From Eledone cirrhosa (lineage: Eukaryota): DNA of 64,000 nt. The DNA lies in NCBI GenBank assembly GCA_964016885.1, contig OZ024742.1, positions 363,072,001 to 363,136,000 of the forward strand, written 5' to 3'. Of this stretch, positions 33,391-45,500 are shown piece by piece. Below the pieces are notes generated by a model. It was not told the DNA's origin, made no database searches, and worked only from the letters and a program-made list of their open reading frames with translations. The translations under genes and the position numbers were made by a program. Positions within the stretch are counted from its first letter, which is position 1; each line of letters opens with the position of its first letter.

Positions 33391-33840
33391 ATGTATATGT
33401 ATATATTTCGCCTCCTCTGTCGTGTCAGTTAACTCTTCCTTACACTTCCACTCACTCACTCACTGTTTCTCCTCTCCTCACTCCACCCCGTTCGTAACGA
33501 AAGCAATTTCTCTCTTTCTTACATTGCATTCGTTTGCGAAAGGTCTTTTTTCTAAGCGCTCATATATTCACCTAGCTTACGCTAACAGAATAACTATGAA
33601 GCTTGTTTCCTTCCTCTACGGTTAGCTCTACTCTTTGTTGTTTTCCTGTCTCACTCGCTTTACGCGTTTTAATTGTCCTAATAACTTAATTTAGTTATTA
33701 TTGCACCGACGTGAGGTATATGATTTTTAATGCAATGAAATATCTATGATCGTCGGCAAATCACTGATGAGGGACTTATTTTATTACATGTTATCCATGT
33801 GCTACCAGCAGTATTTTTCTCCCCATTTTATCATATATAT

Positions 33841-34915
33841 ACAAAGAGAAGTGTGTTACACAGTGAGATGTGTGTAAAGAATTATTACGAGTGGTTTTAC
33901 CGTTACTGTATAGGAAACAACATCTACAGGTTAGCAATTAAATAGAAAAAAAACCAATTCAGAATCAAATCTCTGGATTAGAGTTTTAAATCACAAACGT
34001 TATAACTATATTTTGCTGATACAAATCTCGTTCGTTTCACCACCTATATGTGAAGTATATCAGGTCACAGGATCCTCAGTCAGAAAATGCGAGCACTGAA
34101 CACTACACATCTAACCTCATGAATAGAGGGATTGCTAATAGACACGCTGGCCAGAGTGGGCGAAATCACGTGCTATTTGCATCAAATAACGACTCTCATG
34201 GATTGGGGAAGACGCTAGATTTTTACACACATCTCACTGTGTAACACACTTCTCTTTGTGTAATATATACTTGCATTTGAGCTCAGAAGGACATTCTCTA
34301 TCCTCCCTTGAGCTAATTCTATTATTATTATTACAGTGAACTGCGGAATACTCTTAATTCCGATCTTTGTATACTTAATGAGCTCCAAATTGTTGAGCTA
34401 ATAAATTCGAATGGTTGGGCTGCACTTTCTAGCGTCTTCCCCAATCCATGAGAGACGTTATTTGATGCAAATAACACGTGATTTCGCCCACTCTGGCCAG
34501 CGTGTCTATTAGCAATCTCTCTATCCATGAGGTTAGATGTGTAGTGTTCAGTGCTCGCATTTTCTGACTGAGGATCCTGTGACCTGATATACTTCACATA
34601 TAGGTGGTGAAACGAACGAGATTTGTATCAGCAAAATATAGTTATAACGTTTGTGATTTAAAACTCTAATCCAGAGATTTGATTCTGAATTGTTTTTTTT
34701 CTATTTAATTGCTAACCTGTAGATGTTGTTTCCTATACAGTAACGGTAAAACCACTCGTAATAATTCTTTACACACATCTCACTGTGTAACACACTTCTC
34801 TTTGTGTAATATATACTTGCATTTGAGCTCAGAAGGACATTCTCTATCCTTCCTTGAGCTAATTCTATTATTATTATTACAGTGAACTGCGGAATACTCT
34901 TAATTCCGATCTTTG
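33841..34915. mobile_element. PLE-type rearranged repeat: ~380-bp near-perfect inverted arms (33841-34219 and 34428-34805) plus a ~150-bp direct repeat (34222-34373 and 34768-34918)
   Basis: The near-identical ORFs 34050+ and 34597- are mirror images. The arms were compared by eye. Inverted plus direct partial pLTR copies are typical of PLE insertions. Confidence 0.75.
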
Positions 34916-35193
34916 TATATATATATATAAACGGAAAAAATGAAACGAAATTTCATTTCGCACTCTTAGTACGGCTGTTACTTAAATATAAGTATGTAGA
35001 CGTACATACATATATGTATACAGACGTACAGTAGTATGTATATATATATACATACATGCACACATATATATATGTACGTATGGATTCACCGAACATTTAT
35101 TATAATGCTCGGTGTGTTTGTAAACAAACATTCCGTATTAAGCCGTAGTGTCCAGCAACCATCGTTGCTCGTTTGTTCAACACTGACAAAGGA

Positions 35194-35236
35194 ACGCTGT
35201 ACTAGTTTCAAGCTTATTAGCTATCGTCCGCAACGT
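35194..35236 (-). ncRNA. Minimal type I hammerhead ribozyme with a core mutation (CGGACGA)
   Basis: Minus strand reads ACGTTG-CGGACGA-TAGCT AATA AGCTT-GAAA-CTAG-TA-CAGCGT. Stem I is intact and the CUGA core is mutated. Confidence 0.6.
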
Positions 35237-35598
35237 ATACCTTCCTGCCAGATTGTTGAACGTATATACTTATCTTATGCATATTAACGACTGAGTAGCC
35301 CAATTTGCATATCGAGTGGGTTAATCGGCCGGGTGCACCGAAAACGATAAACGGAAAAAATGAAACGAAATTTCATTTTCCACTCTTAGTACGGCTGTTA
35401 CTAAAATATAAGTATGTACACGTACATACATATATGTATACAGACGTACAGTAGTATGTATCTATATATACATACATGCACACATATATATATGTACGTA
35501 TGGATTCACCGAACATTTATTATAATGCAAATTGGGCTACTCAGTCGTTAATATGCATAAGGTAAGTATATACGTTCAACAATCTGGCAGGAAGTTAT

Positions 35599-35641
35599 AC
35601 GTTACTGACGATAGCTAATAAGCTTGAAACTAGTACAGCGT
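35599..35641 (+). ncRNA. Minimal type I hammerhead ribozyme
   Basis: ACGTTA-CTGACGA-TAGCT AATA AGCTT-GAAA-CTAG-TA-CAGCGT has CUGANGA and GAAA cores, an AGCT/AGCT stem II, a palindromic ACTAGT stem III and a GUA cleavage triplet. There is one A-C mismatch at the base of stem I. Confidence 0.72.
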
Positions 35642-35871
35642 TCCTTTGTCAGTGTTGAACAAAAGAGCAACGATGGTTGCTGGACACTACGGCTTAATAC
35701 GGGATGTTTGTTTACAAACACACCGAGCATTATAATAAATGTTCGGTGAATCCATACGTACATATATATATGTGTGCATGTATGTATATATATATACACA
35801 CTACTGTACGTCTGTATACATATATGTATGTACGTCTACATACTTATATATATATATTTATATATATATAC

Positions 35872-35942
<71 letters not shown>

Positions 35943-36108
35943 AGATCAAAAGATGGTTAAAGGAGTTCAATATATTTTATTATGCGCATTTCAAAAACAA
36001 ACATCATCAAACAATAATATTTGTGTTTTCATCAGATAAAACAGGAGAACATGATATGAAGGCTAAAAAAACACTTGTTGATAGTGCAGTTTTAAATCAA
36101 CATATCAC

Positions 36109-36142
<34 letters not shown>

Positions 36143-36268
36143 ATATATACATACAGAAGTCTGATGTGCTTCTGATTTCAGAGTCAGGCAAGATCGATTC
36201 AGATCGAATGAACCTTCGCGAAACGTGCGTCACACCTGAATAAACGTAATGAAAATTTGACACCTCGT

Positions 36269-36325
<57 letters not shown>

Positions 36326-36782
36326 TGTATGTGTATGTGGGTGTGCGTGTGTTTTAAGAGAGAGGGGGAGAGAGAATGAAGGACGGAGAGAGAGAGAGAG
36401 AGGGGGGGGTAGATAGAGAGAGAAGTGGATATTTAGAACAATACTTTAAACATACATAGCCTTCAGTCCACGCGATCTGTTCACTGTTTTATCAACTGTA
36501 TTCTCTCTTCATGTTACTCTTCACTTCATTGTAAGGAAATCATTTTTTCCAATTTTTATATTTATTTGTAAACATAGATTATGAAGAACAATAACTTTAT
36601 GGAGCATGTTAATATGAATTAGAATAAGTCAGTGGTTCTTTAAACATGCCTCATGGCATCGCATGTAATTGTGTGGGAAAATCGAGGTTTGCGGTATTTG
36701 TTATACAATCATGTTTGATTCACATAAAAGATGTGTGTAGATTGAAATCGAAGGATATTTGTATTTCACTTTATAACTGAAG

Positions 36783-36985
36783 ACGTTAGCCTAGTGATAA
36801 GGATGTTGGACTTACGATCATAATGTCGTCGGTTCGATTCCTGGGCTCCGGTTGTGTGTTGTGTTCTTTTGCAAAACACTTCATTTCACATTGCTCCAGT
36901 ATACTCAGCTGAAAACGTGTACCAGAAATAGCTGGGGGTTTAACCCTGCGATGGACCGGTGTCCTGTCCAGGGGGGAGTCTTATA
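36783..36985 (+). mobile_element. tRNA-derived SINE with a CORE-like central part
   Basis: A-box-like TAGCCTAGTGATAAGG and B-box GGTTCGATTCC (36831), then GCAAAACACTTCATTTCAC and CCCTGCGATGGACCGGTGTCCTGTCCAGGGGG, segments recalled from CORE- and V-type SINEs. Confidence 0.7.
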
Positions 36986-37273
36986 CTCCCAGGTACTTAA
37001 GCCAGAATTTATATTAGACCCAGGGTTTTGACAGAATTTATATTAGACTTAAACATTGTAACTGATGTGTTTCTCATATTTGATCATTCGGATATAAGTA
37101 GTTGGAAGGTCGGCGTTCTACTGCAACTCCTGGTTGAGTGCACCTAAAGACCTTATGTTCGACGTTTGGAATATGGGCAATGCCATTCTTTCTTTCAGAG
37201 GGAAAAAGAGCAGAAACAAAGTAGAAAAGACATAATTTAAGTGAAAATGTGCAAGAGAGATAGATGGACAGAC

Positions 37274-37314
<41 letters not shown>

Positions 37315-37315
37315 T

Positions 37316-38220
37316 CTTTCTTTATTTCCACAGGGGCGTACAAAAATGACGTGACGGCGGGGTTTTACATAAAATGTTTAACAATGATAAATAACAATAA
37401 ACTATATAAAAATATAACAATTGAAATCCCCATTGGAAGGGGGGGGGGGGGTGATGCTACTGCGGGGTTGTTTTACACCCCGTGGATAGAACAACCCTCG
37501 ACACCAGGAACACGTTTTGTTGGTGTTCCCGTCTTCCCTCTGCTTATCTTCCTCAACCTACAGGTTTATATACATAGAAGGCCCATTCACCCCGGACATT
37601 TTCGCCACATTCACCCACCTTTCAGCAAATTTACTGGGGTGTAGCACCTTTCTCTCCACTCTCACCTTCCTTCTGAAGTGATACTTAAAGAATGGGATAA
37701 GTTGTTGTCCGGAGAGAAAGGTACTTGCCCTCAGTCCTTTTAACCTCGTCCACCATATTACCTCTTTCGCCATAGCCACCAGACAGAGGAAGACCGCCTC
37801 TCCTTCATTCTTAAATGAAGGCGGCGGCGTGATCCTCACGATGGACTCGGCTGACAACTGGATACGTCCCACACGTGACAGTAGCTGTTCGACATAATTC
37901 CACAGGTCGGTCACCCCTGGGCACTGAACAATTGCATGCAGAACGGTTTCGTGTCCTGCTCACATCTTGGACAGGTCCTTTTGGCAGGATCTATGCCAGC
38001 GCGTCCGTGCCTGTAGATTTTGTATCGAACTGCTAGAGCTCCTCGGTAGCACTGCCAGGTCAGAGACCTCTGGAAGTTATCCATTGGCCCTGGACGGAAA
38101 GTCCTCCCGAACAGACTAGCCAGTTCGTATTCCTCGATGCCTAGAGTTTCCCCGAGAACGTCGAAGTGGAGTCTCAGCTGATTCCCGTTTCCGCTTTGTA
38201 GAGGGCTGTGGACGCCTGAA
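37316..38220 (-). mobile_element. 5'-truncated, frameshifted Tx1/L1-clade LINE (ORF2 C-terminus plus 3'UTR)
   Basis: ORF 37558-37914 is a clear paralogue of the C-terminus of the 489-aa ORF (DLWxYVEQLLSRVG...MAKEVxWWTRLKGLR). The minus-strand 3' end AATAAAGAAAG is followed by (TATC)n. Confidence 0.88.
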
Positions 38221-38253
38221 TGCAGATAGATGGATAGATATGTAGATAGATAG

Positions 38254-40047
38254 ATTTCTTTTATTTGCCACTAGGGCATCAAAAGTGGGACAAGTACAAA
38301 GGGGGGAGTTTACACAAAAAGGCGTCCTCAATAAGGAGGAGGCAATAACAAAATATAAAAATAAAATAAGATATAACAAAAAATAAAATTTTTAACAAAA
38401 TCCTCAATAGAGAGGAGGCGCCTTGGGGGGTCGCACACACCCCCGAAAAAAGTGTGCAACCCTTCTCCTCAGGAGCACAGAGAAGGGGTGCTCCCTTGGT
38501 CTTTCATCTTCCTCACCTATAGTCTGATGTAGAGTGAAGACCCATTCACACGGGCCATTCTCGCCACTTTCACCCATCTTTCATAGAAACGGCTGGGGTG
38601 CAGCACCTCTCTCTCCATCCTGATCCTTCTTCCGAAATGATATCGGAAGAAACGGACCAGTTGTTGGCCAGAGAGAAAGGTGCCCGACCTCAGTCCTTTC
38701 AGACGCGTCCACCATACAACCTCTTTCGCCATGGCTATTACGCACAGAAACACCGCCTCTGCTTCATCTTTGAAGGGGGGAGGCGGCTTGATCATTACAA
38801 TAGACTCGGTGGTCAACCGCATCGGTCCCACCCTTGACAGCAGTTGTTCGACATAGCCCCACAGATCGGCTACGCCCGAGCAGTGTACTAATGCGTGTGC
38901 AACGGTTTCCTCGTCGCACACGCATCTGGGACAGATCTTTTTGGCGGGGTCCCTACCCGGGCGCCCGTGTCTGTAGAGCCTTTCTCGAACGGGTAAAGCC
39001 CCTCGGTAGCACTGCCAGGCCAGGGACTTCTGGAAGTTGTCCATAGGTCCCGGGCTGAATGTCCTACCGAACAGGCTGGCCAGTTCGTCCTCCTCCATGT
39101 CTAGGGCTTCTCCGAGGGCGTCGTCGCACCTGCTGCGCACCAGCCCTCTATAGAATGTTGCGGTGGAGTCTCCACTGATAACCGGATCCGCCTGCCAGAG
39201 GGCGGTGAGCGCCTGGGCACACTCAGTGTGCCAGGCGCCCAGTTTTCTCGGTCTTTGCTTGACCCAGGATTGCAGCTCGGTGAGTGAGACGAGTCTGGGA
39301 AAGGTTCGTCTCACAAACGAGGCCCACACCGGTTGTCCGGTGAGGAATACGTAGAGGTGCCGTAGCCTTAATGCGTGTTTACGCATCATTAGCCACGGCA
39401 TCCCCAGCCCTCCTTTCGAAGGGTGTTGACAGCAGATGGATCTCCTCACCATAGGAGCCCGCCTCTTCCAAAGGAATTGGAAGAGCGCGCGCTCCATCTT
39501 GGTGAGGGTTTCCCTTGGGCAGGGCACTACGGTCAGGCGGTAGTAGATGACGGACGCTATGTAGGTGTTCGCCACCTCCGCCCGACCTTTCAGGGATAGT
39601 TTGCAACTGGCCCACTTCTGGGTCACTGCAAACACCCTGTTCGTAACCTCCGCCCAGTTTTTCTCCACCTGGAGGTCCGGTCCGAACCAGACCCCGAGCA
39701 ACTTCACCGGGCCCTCCGTCCAGCGTCCGACGACGCTATCGGAGGGCATCGGTCTGCCCCTCCACGTGCCGAGTTGCAAACCGATCGACTTGTCCCGGTT
39801 CAGCTTAGCCCCTGTGAACTTTTCGTACTCCTCCAGTAAGGTGCCGACCGCCTCGATTTCGGAGGCCGTCGACACCATTACTGTCACGTCATCGGCGTAG
39901 GCCGACACCGCTTTCCGCAATCCCGGTTCCAAAGGGATGCCCTGCAACAACTCCAACTTCCGCAGTAGTGGCTCGAGAGTCAACACATACAGAAGGGAGG
40001 AGAGAGGGCACCCTTGTCGGATGGACCGCGCGATTTTGAACGGGGTG
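38254..40047 (-). mobile_element. 5'-truncated Tx1/L1-clade LINE
   Basis: Contains the RT ORF and a 3'UTR ending in AATAAAAGAA. Both ends abut (GATA)n. Confidence 0.92.
38517..40046 (-). CDS. Non-LTR retrotransposon ORF2 fragment: reverse transcriptase C-half plus zf-RVT-type cysteine motif
   Basis: The frame stays open upstream of the called start (PFKIARSIRQGCPLSSLLYVLTLEP). It contains AYADD, GAKLNRDKS, LLGVWF, LSLKGRAEVANT, GGLG and CPRC...ETVAHALVHC. There is no native start codon. Confidence 0.93.
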   Translation of the reverse strand, partial: TPFKIARSIRQGCPLSSLLYVLTLEPLLRKLELLQGIPLEPGLRKAVSAYADDVTVMVSTASEIEAVGTLLEEYEKFTGAKLNRDKSIGLQLGTWRGRPMPSDSVVGRWTEGPVKLLGVWFGPDLQVEKNWAEVTNRVFAVTQKWASCKLSLKGRAEVANTYIASVIYYRLTVVPCPRETLTKMERALFQFLWKRRAPMVRRSICCQHPSKGGLGMPWLMMRKHALRLRHLYVFLTGQPVWASFVRRTFPRLVSLTELQSWVKQRPRKLGAWHTECAQALTALWQADPVISGDSTATFYRGLVRSRCDDALGEALDMEEDELASLFGRTFSPGPMDNFQKSLAWQCYRGALPVRERLYRHGRPGRDPAKKICPRCVCDEETVAHALVHCSGVADLWGYVEQLLSRVGPMRLTTESIVMIKPPPPFKDEAEAVFLCVIAMAKEVVWWTRLKGLRSGTFLSGQQLVRFFRYHFGRRIRMEREVLHPSRFYERWVKVARMARVNGSSLYIRL

Positions 40048-40084
40048 TAGATAGATAGTTAGATAGGTAGATATCTGGAGAGAG

Positions 40085-40170
<86 letters not shown>
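40048..40170. repeat. (GATA)n followed by (GA)n microsatellite
   Basis: Read directly from the sequence. Confidence 0.95.
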
Positions 40171-40172
<2 letters not shown>

Positions 40173-40683
40173 ACAAAGAGAGAGGTGAAATATTTATTTT
40201 AAACTAAAATAGTTTAGTGTTGTGGTAATTCTAGTAGCAGATTTTACTGAAATTATGTTCCTCTCAATAGGTAGAGTATCGTTGGAACTTCACAATCTCT
40301 TATTAAACCATATTTTGTCATATTGAACTTCTCTGTGTCCGATAATACTTTACTCAGGAAAATATGAATGACATCACCAGCATCACATTAAACCTTATAG
40401 TTAACTATAGTTCTAATATTTCTCAAGTACTAAGCCATATATTTGATGATTTCAGAGTAAATATTATATATTCAAAGCTACGGCGTGATACCATTTCAAA
40501 GATTCTGAACTGACATTTTGGTGTGTGCTACAATAGATCAAATACACCAGAGTGCACACGAAAGGGAACTTAGATTATAATTTATTGTTAACTGTATATA
40601 ATATTTGTAAACACACTTGGTCTTATCACCATTACAGTGTGTTATATATATCAAACTTGCAGTGTATTATTTAGGCCACAAAA

Positions 40684-41055
40684 AGGGTGGATTGCCGGCA
40701 TCGGTAGAGCGTCGCACAAAATGACTTGTGTCATACATCTACGGCGCTTTACGTTCTGATGTAAGCTTTGCCTTTCATCCTTACGAGGTCGATAAAATAA
40801 TACAAAATTAATGCACTCTCGTCGATTTAATCGACTTTCCCCCCTCAAAATGGTTGGCTTTGTGCTTGGATTGGCAGTATCGGTAGAGGGACGGACGCCA
40901 TGCTTTGACGAATAGAGTTACGGCCCTTGCCATTCTGAGTTCAAATCCCGCCGAGGTTAACTTTGCCTTTCGTCCTTACGGGGTCGATAAAATAAAGTAC
41001 CAGTAATACACTGGAATAATTGCTGGCCTTGTGCCAAAAGTATAAACAATTATTA
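40684..41055 (+). mobile_element. Two adjacent tRNA-derived SINE copies (40684-40867 degenerate, 40868-41055 better preserved)
   Basis: A box TGGCAGTATCGGTAGA, B box GAGTTCAAATCCC and the body motif TTGCCTTTCRTCCTTACGGGGTCGATAAAATAAAGTACCAG, which recurs across the window. Ends in an ATTATT tail. Confidence 0.88.
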
Positions 41056-41430
41056 AGACCACAAGTATTAGAGTAATTGACCCGAAGTAATTCTTCAGAT
41101 TTCTGCATTCTTTGTTTAAAATACTGCTATGGTTAACGTTACCTTTCATTGTTTCAAAGTCTGTAAATTGATTATTTAGGGCGGAGGATTGTGGGAAAAG
41201 TGAATGGGTTTAAAGTGTTACTTAATGGTATCAAACTTTTGCTTTCTGACATCGTAACTGATGCCAACATATATTATTCTGTGTCATTGCCATGGACATT
41301 ATCAGAGTTGCAATGAGCTAATGTTTTGTCCTCAAACAATTGTTTATTGGCCTTATCCTTGGAGACGAACTTTCTGATACAGACATAGGGAGACCCCACA
41401 TTTTATTAGTAAACTTTCAATAAGGGTGAT

Positions 41431-41817
41431 GTTTGGTAAAACCATTGAAACATTAGGCAAGATGCTTTGTAGCATTTTTCCCTTCTTCTGAGTTCTAATA
41501 CCACCGAAGTCAACTCTGTCTTCTATTCTCCGGGGTTGATAAATTAAAGTATCAGTAAAGTGAATTAGTGGGTATAATTGACCTCCCACCTCCAGAAATA
41601 ATCGACATCTTCCTAAGTTAGAAACCATTATTTTGCAGTACCCGCCAAGGTTAACTTTGCCTTTCATCCTTACGGGGTCGAAAAAATAAAGTACCAGTAA
41701 TACACTGGGTACTTGCTGGCCTTGTGCCAAAAGTAGAAACAATTATTTTGCAGTACCAGTAAGGCACTGGGTAATTGCTGGCCTTGTGCCTAAAGTAGAA
41801 ACAATTATTTTGCAGTA
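41431..41817 (+). mobile_element. SINE cluster: an old degenerate copy plus a 5'-truncated younger copy with a duplicated 3' end
   Basis: Same body motif at ~41657. ATTATTTTGCAGTA repeats at ~41627, 41742 and 41804. Confidence 0.8.
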
Positions 41818-42355
41818 TATTACTAACCTTATAGTAGGTTTTCAAATTAACAATTTCTACATAATCTCACGGTGCATTAATGAACAATCTTATTGACAGA
41901 TACGATACATTATTAAAGTATTTCCTTAATTCGATCTCATCTGAACTCAGTTTAATAAAACATTTTCTCTTTGAATACACGTCTTTGATGAAGAAATTCT
42001 TTGTTCATTTTGAAGTAAATAGATATTTAAAGTTAACACTGTTATTGTAATTAATTTGCTTATATCCGAAGTACATAAACATTAAATGGCTAAAACGTGT
42101 CGGCAGTCAATTAACAAGATGTTTGGAGTGTATAAATGTTGATTACTATTTATTAGCCAGTGTGTGTGTGTATGCGTGATGTGTGGGTGTGGTTGGGGGT
42201 GGGGGTGTAAGTGTGTGTGTATGTGTGTGTATAATTTTGTATAAGTAACTATGTCGCTCCTCCACTTTCTCTCTCTGGTTCTATATATCAGCCCCTTCTT
42301 ACACACACTGTTTTGAATATGTATGTATTTGTGCACACACACACACACACACATA

Positions 42356-42435
<80 letters not shown>

Positions 42436-42549
42436 AGTGTGTGTGTGTGTGGATGTGTGTATCAATGAGACAAGTAAAATGAGTCAATAGAACATTTAGA
42501 TTAATGTTAATAGTTATAAAAAACATAAGAATAATAATAAAATGATGAT

Positions 42550-45500
42550 GTGAATGAGTAGGAAAGTGAGAAAGTTGAGAAATACCAGGAAACTATGGAT
42601 AATTAGACATGTAGAAGTGGTACCGACTGTGGTTGGTACACTGGGAGTAGTTGGTAGGTTAGACATGTAGAAGTGGTACCGACTGTGGTTGGTACACTGG
42701 GAGTAGTTGGTAGGTTAGACATGTAGAAGTGGTACCGACTGTGTTTGGTGTACTGGGAGTAGTTAGTAGGTTAGACATGTAGAAGTGGTACCGACTGTGG
42801 TTGGTACACTGGAAGTAGTTAGTAGGTTAGACATGTAGAAGTGGTACCGACTGTGGTTGGTACACTGGAAGTAGTTAGTAGGTTACACATGTAGAAGTGG
42901 TACCGACTGTGGTTGGTACACTGGGAGTAGTTGGTAGGTTAGACATGTAGAAGTGGTACCGACTGTGTTTGGTGTACTGGGAGTAGTTAGTAGGTTAGAC
43001 ATGTAGAAGTGGTACCGACTGTGGTTGGTACACTGGGAGTAGTTGGTAGATTAGACATGTAGAAGTGGTACCGACTGTGGTTGGTACACTGGGAGTAGTT
43101 GGTAGGTTAGACATGTAGAAGTGGTACCGACTGTGTTTGGTGTACTGGGAGTAGTTAGTAGGTTAGACATGTAGAAGTGGTACCGACTGTGGTTGGTACA
43201 CTGGAAGTAGTTAGTAGGTTAGACATGTAGAAGTGGTACCGACTGTGGTTGGTACACTGGAAGTAGTTAGTAGGTTAGACATGTAGAAGTGGTACCGACT
43301 GTGGTTGGTACACTGGGAGTAGTTGGTAGGTTAGACATGTAGAAGTGGTACCGACTGTGTTTGGTGTACTGGGAGTAGTTAGTAGGTTAGACATGTAGAA
43401 GTGGTACCGACTGTGGTTGGTACACTGGGAGTAGTTGGTAGGTTAGACATGTAGAAGTGGTACCGACTGTGTTTGGTGTACTGGGAGTAGTTAGTAGGTT
43501 AGACATGTAGACGTGGTACCGACTGTGGTTGGTACACTGGGAGTAGTTGGTAGGTTAGACATGTAGAAGTGGTACCGACTGTGTTTGGTGTACTGGGAGT
43601 AGTTAGTAGGTTAGACATGTAGAAGTGGTACCGACTGTGGTTGGTACACTGGAAGTAGTTAGTAGGTTAGACATGTAGAAGTGGTACCGACTGTGGTTGG
43701 TACACTGGAAGTAGTTAGTAGGTTACACATGTAGAAGTGGTACCGACTGTGGTTGGTACACTGGAAGTAGTTAGTAGGTTAGACATGTAGTAGTGGTACC
43801 GACTGTGGTTGGTGTACTGGGTGTAGTTAGTAGGTTACACATGTAGTAGTGGTACCGATTGTGGTTGGTGTACTGGGTGTAGTTAGTAGGTTACACATGT
43901 AGTAGTGGTACCGACTGTGGTTGGTGTACTGGGTGTAGTTAGTAGGTTAGACATGTAGTAGTGGTACCGACTGTGGTTGGTGTACTGGGTGAAGTTAGTA
44001 GGTTAGACATGTAGTAGTGGTACCGATTGTGGTTGGTGTACTGTGTGTAGTTAGTAGGGTAGACATGTAGTAGTGGTACCGACTGTGGTTGGTGTACTGG
44101 ATGTAGTTAGTAGGTTAGACATATAGTAGTGGTACCGACTGTGGTTGGTGTACTGGGAGTAGTTGGTAGGTTAGACATGTAGTAGTGGTACCGACTGTGG
44201 TTGGTGTACTGGGTGTAGTTAGTAGGTTAGACATGTAGTAGTGTTACCGACTGTGGTTGGTGTACTGGGTGTAGTTAGTAGGTTAGACATGTAGTGGTGG
44301 TACCGACTGTGGTCGGTGTATTAGGAGTAGTTAGTAGGTTAGACATGTAGTAGTGGTACCGACTGTGGTTGGTGTACTGGGTGTAGTTAGTAGGTTAGAC
44401 ATGTAGTAGTGGTACCGACTGTGGTTGGTGTACTGGGAGTAGTTAGTAGGTTAGACATGTAGTAGTGGTACCGACTGTGGTTGGTGTACTGGGTGTAGTT
44501 AGTAGGTTAGACATGTAGTAGTGGTACCGACTGTGGTTGGTGTACTGGGTGTAGTTAGTAGGTTAGACATGTAGTAGTGGTACCGACTGTGGTTGGTGTA
44601 CTGGGTGTAGTTAGTAGGTTAGACATGTAGTAGTGGTACCGATTGTGGTTGGTGTACTGGGTGTAGGTAGTAGGTTAGACATGTAGTAGTGGTACCGACT
44701 GTGGTTGGTGTACTGGGTGTAGTTAGTAGGTTAGACATGTAGTAGTGGTACCGACTGTGGTTGGTGTACTGTGTGTAGTTAATAGGTTAGACATGTAGTA
44801 GTGGTACCGATTGTGGTTGGTGTACTGGGTGTAGTTAGTAGGTTAGACATGTAGTAGTGGTACGACTGTGGATGGTGTACTAGGAGTAGTTAGTAGTTTA
44901 GACATGTAGTAGTGGTACCGACTGTGGTTGGTGTACTAGGAGTAGTTAGTAGTTTAGACATGTAGAAGTGCTACCAATTGTGGTTGGTGTACTGGAAGTA
45001 GTTAGTTGGTTAGACATCTAGAAGTGGAACCATGTGTGGTCGGTGTACTGGGGTAGTTATTAGCTTAGACATGTAGTAGTGGTGCGATTATGCTTGGTGT
45101 ACTGGTAGTAGTTAGAAGGATACACATGTAGTAGTGGTACCGACTGTGGTTGGTGTACTGGGAATAGTTAGTAGATTAGACATGTAGTAGTGGTACCGAC
45201 TGTGGTTGGTGTACTAGGAGTAGTTATTAGGTTAGACATGTAGTAGTGGTATAATGTGTGGTTGGTTTACTAGGAGTAGTTAGTAGGTTAGACATGTAGA
45301 AGTGGTACCGATGTGGTTGGGCTACTGGGAGTAGTTAGTAAGTTAGACATGTAGTAGTTGTACCGACTGTGGTAGGTACAGTGGGAGTAATTACTAGGTT
45401 ACACATGTAGAAGTGGTATCGGCTGTGGTTGGTGTACTAGGACTAGTTAGTAGGTTATTCATGTAGAAGTGGTACCATGTGTGGTTGGTGTACTGGGAGT

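Larger units (their letters stand above)
34927..35846. mobile_element. PLE-type repeat with a direct duplication (34927-35107 and 35347-35527) and an inverted duplication (34987-35308 and 35527-35846)
   Basis: The mirrored ORFs 35036+ and 35799- and the repeated ATAAACGGAAAAAATGAAACGAAATTTC mark the copies. Contains a hammerhead motif and is flanked by (TA)n. Confidence 0.75.

Noticed and set aside
36219-36232. GAAACGTGCGTC as a hammerhead
   Set aside because: Only the 3' half is present, with no upstream CUGANGA or stem I partner.
36783-36845. tRNA gene
   Set aside because: It has A/B boxes but no clear acceptor stem, and it continues into a SINE body.
37074-37192. Minus-strand terminal exon after a pyrimidine tract
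   Set aside because: No recognisable product and no supporting partner exon.
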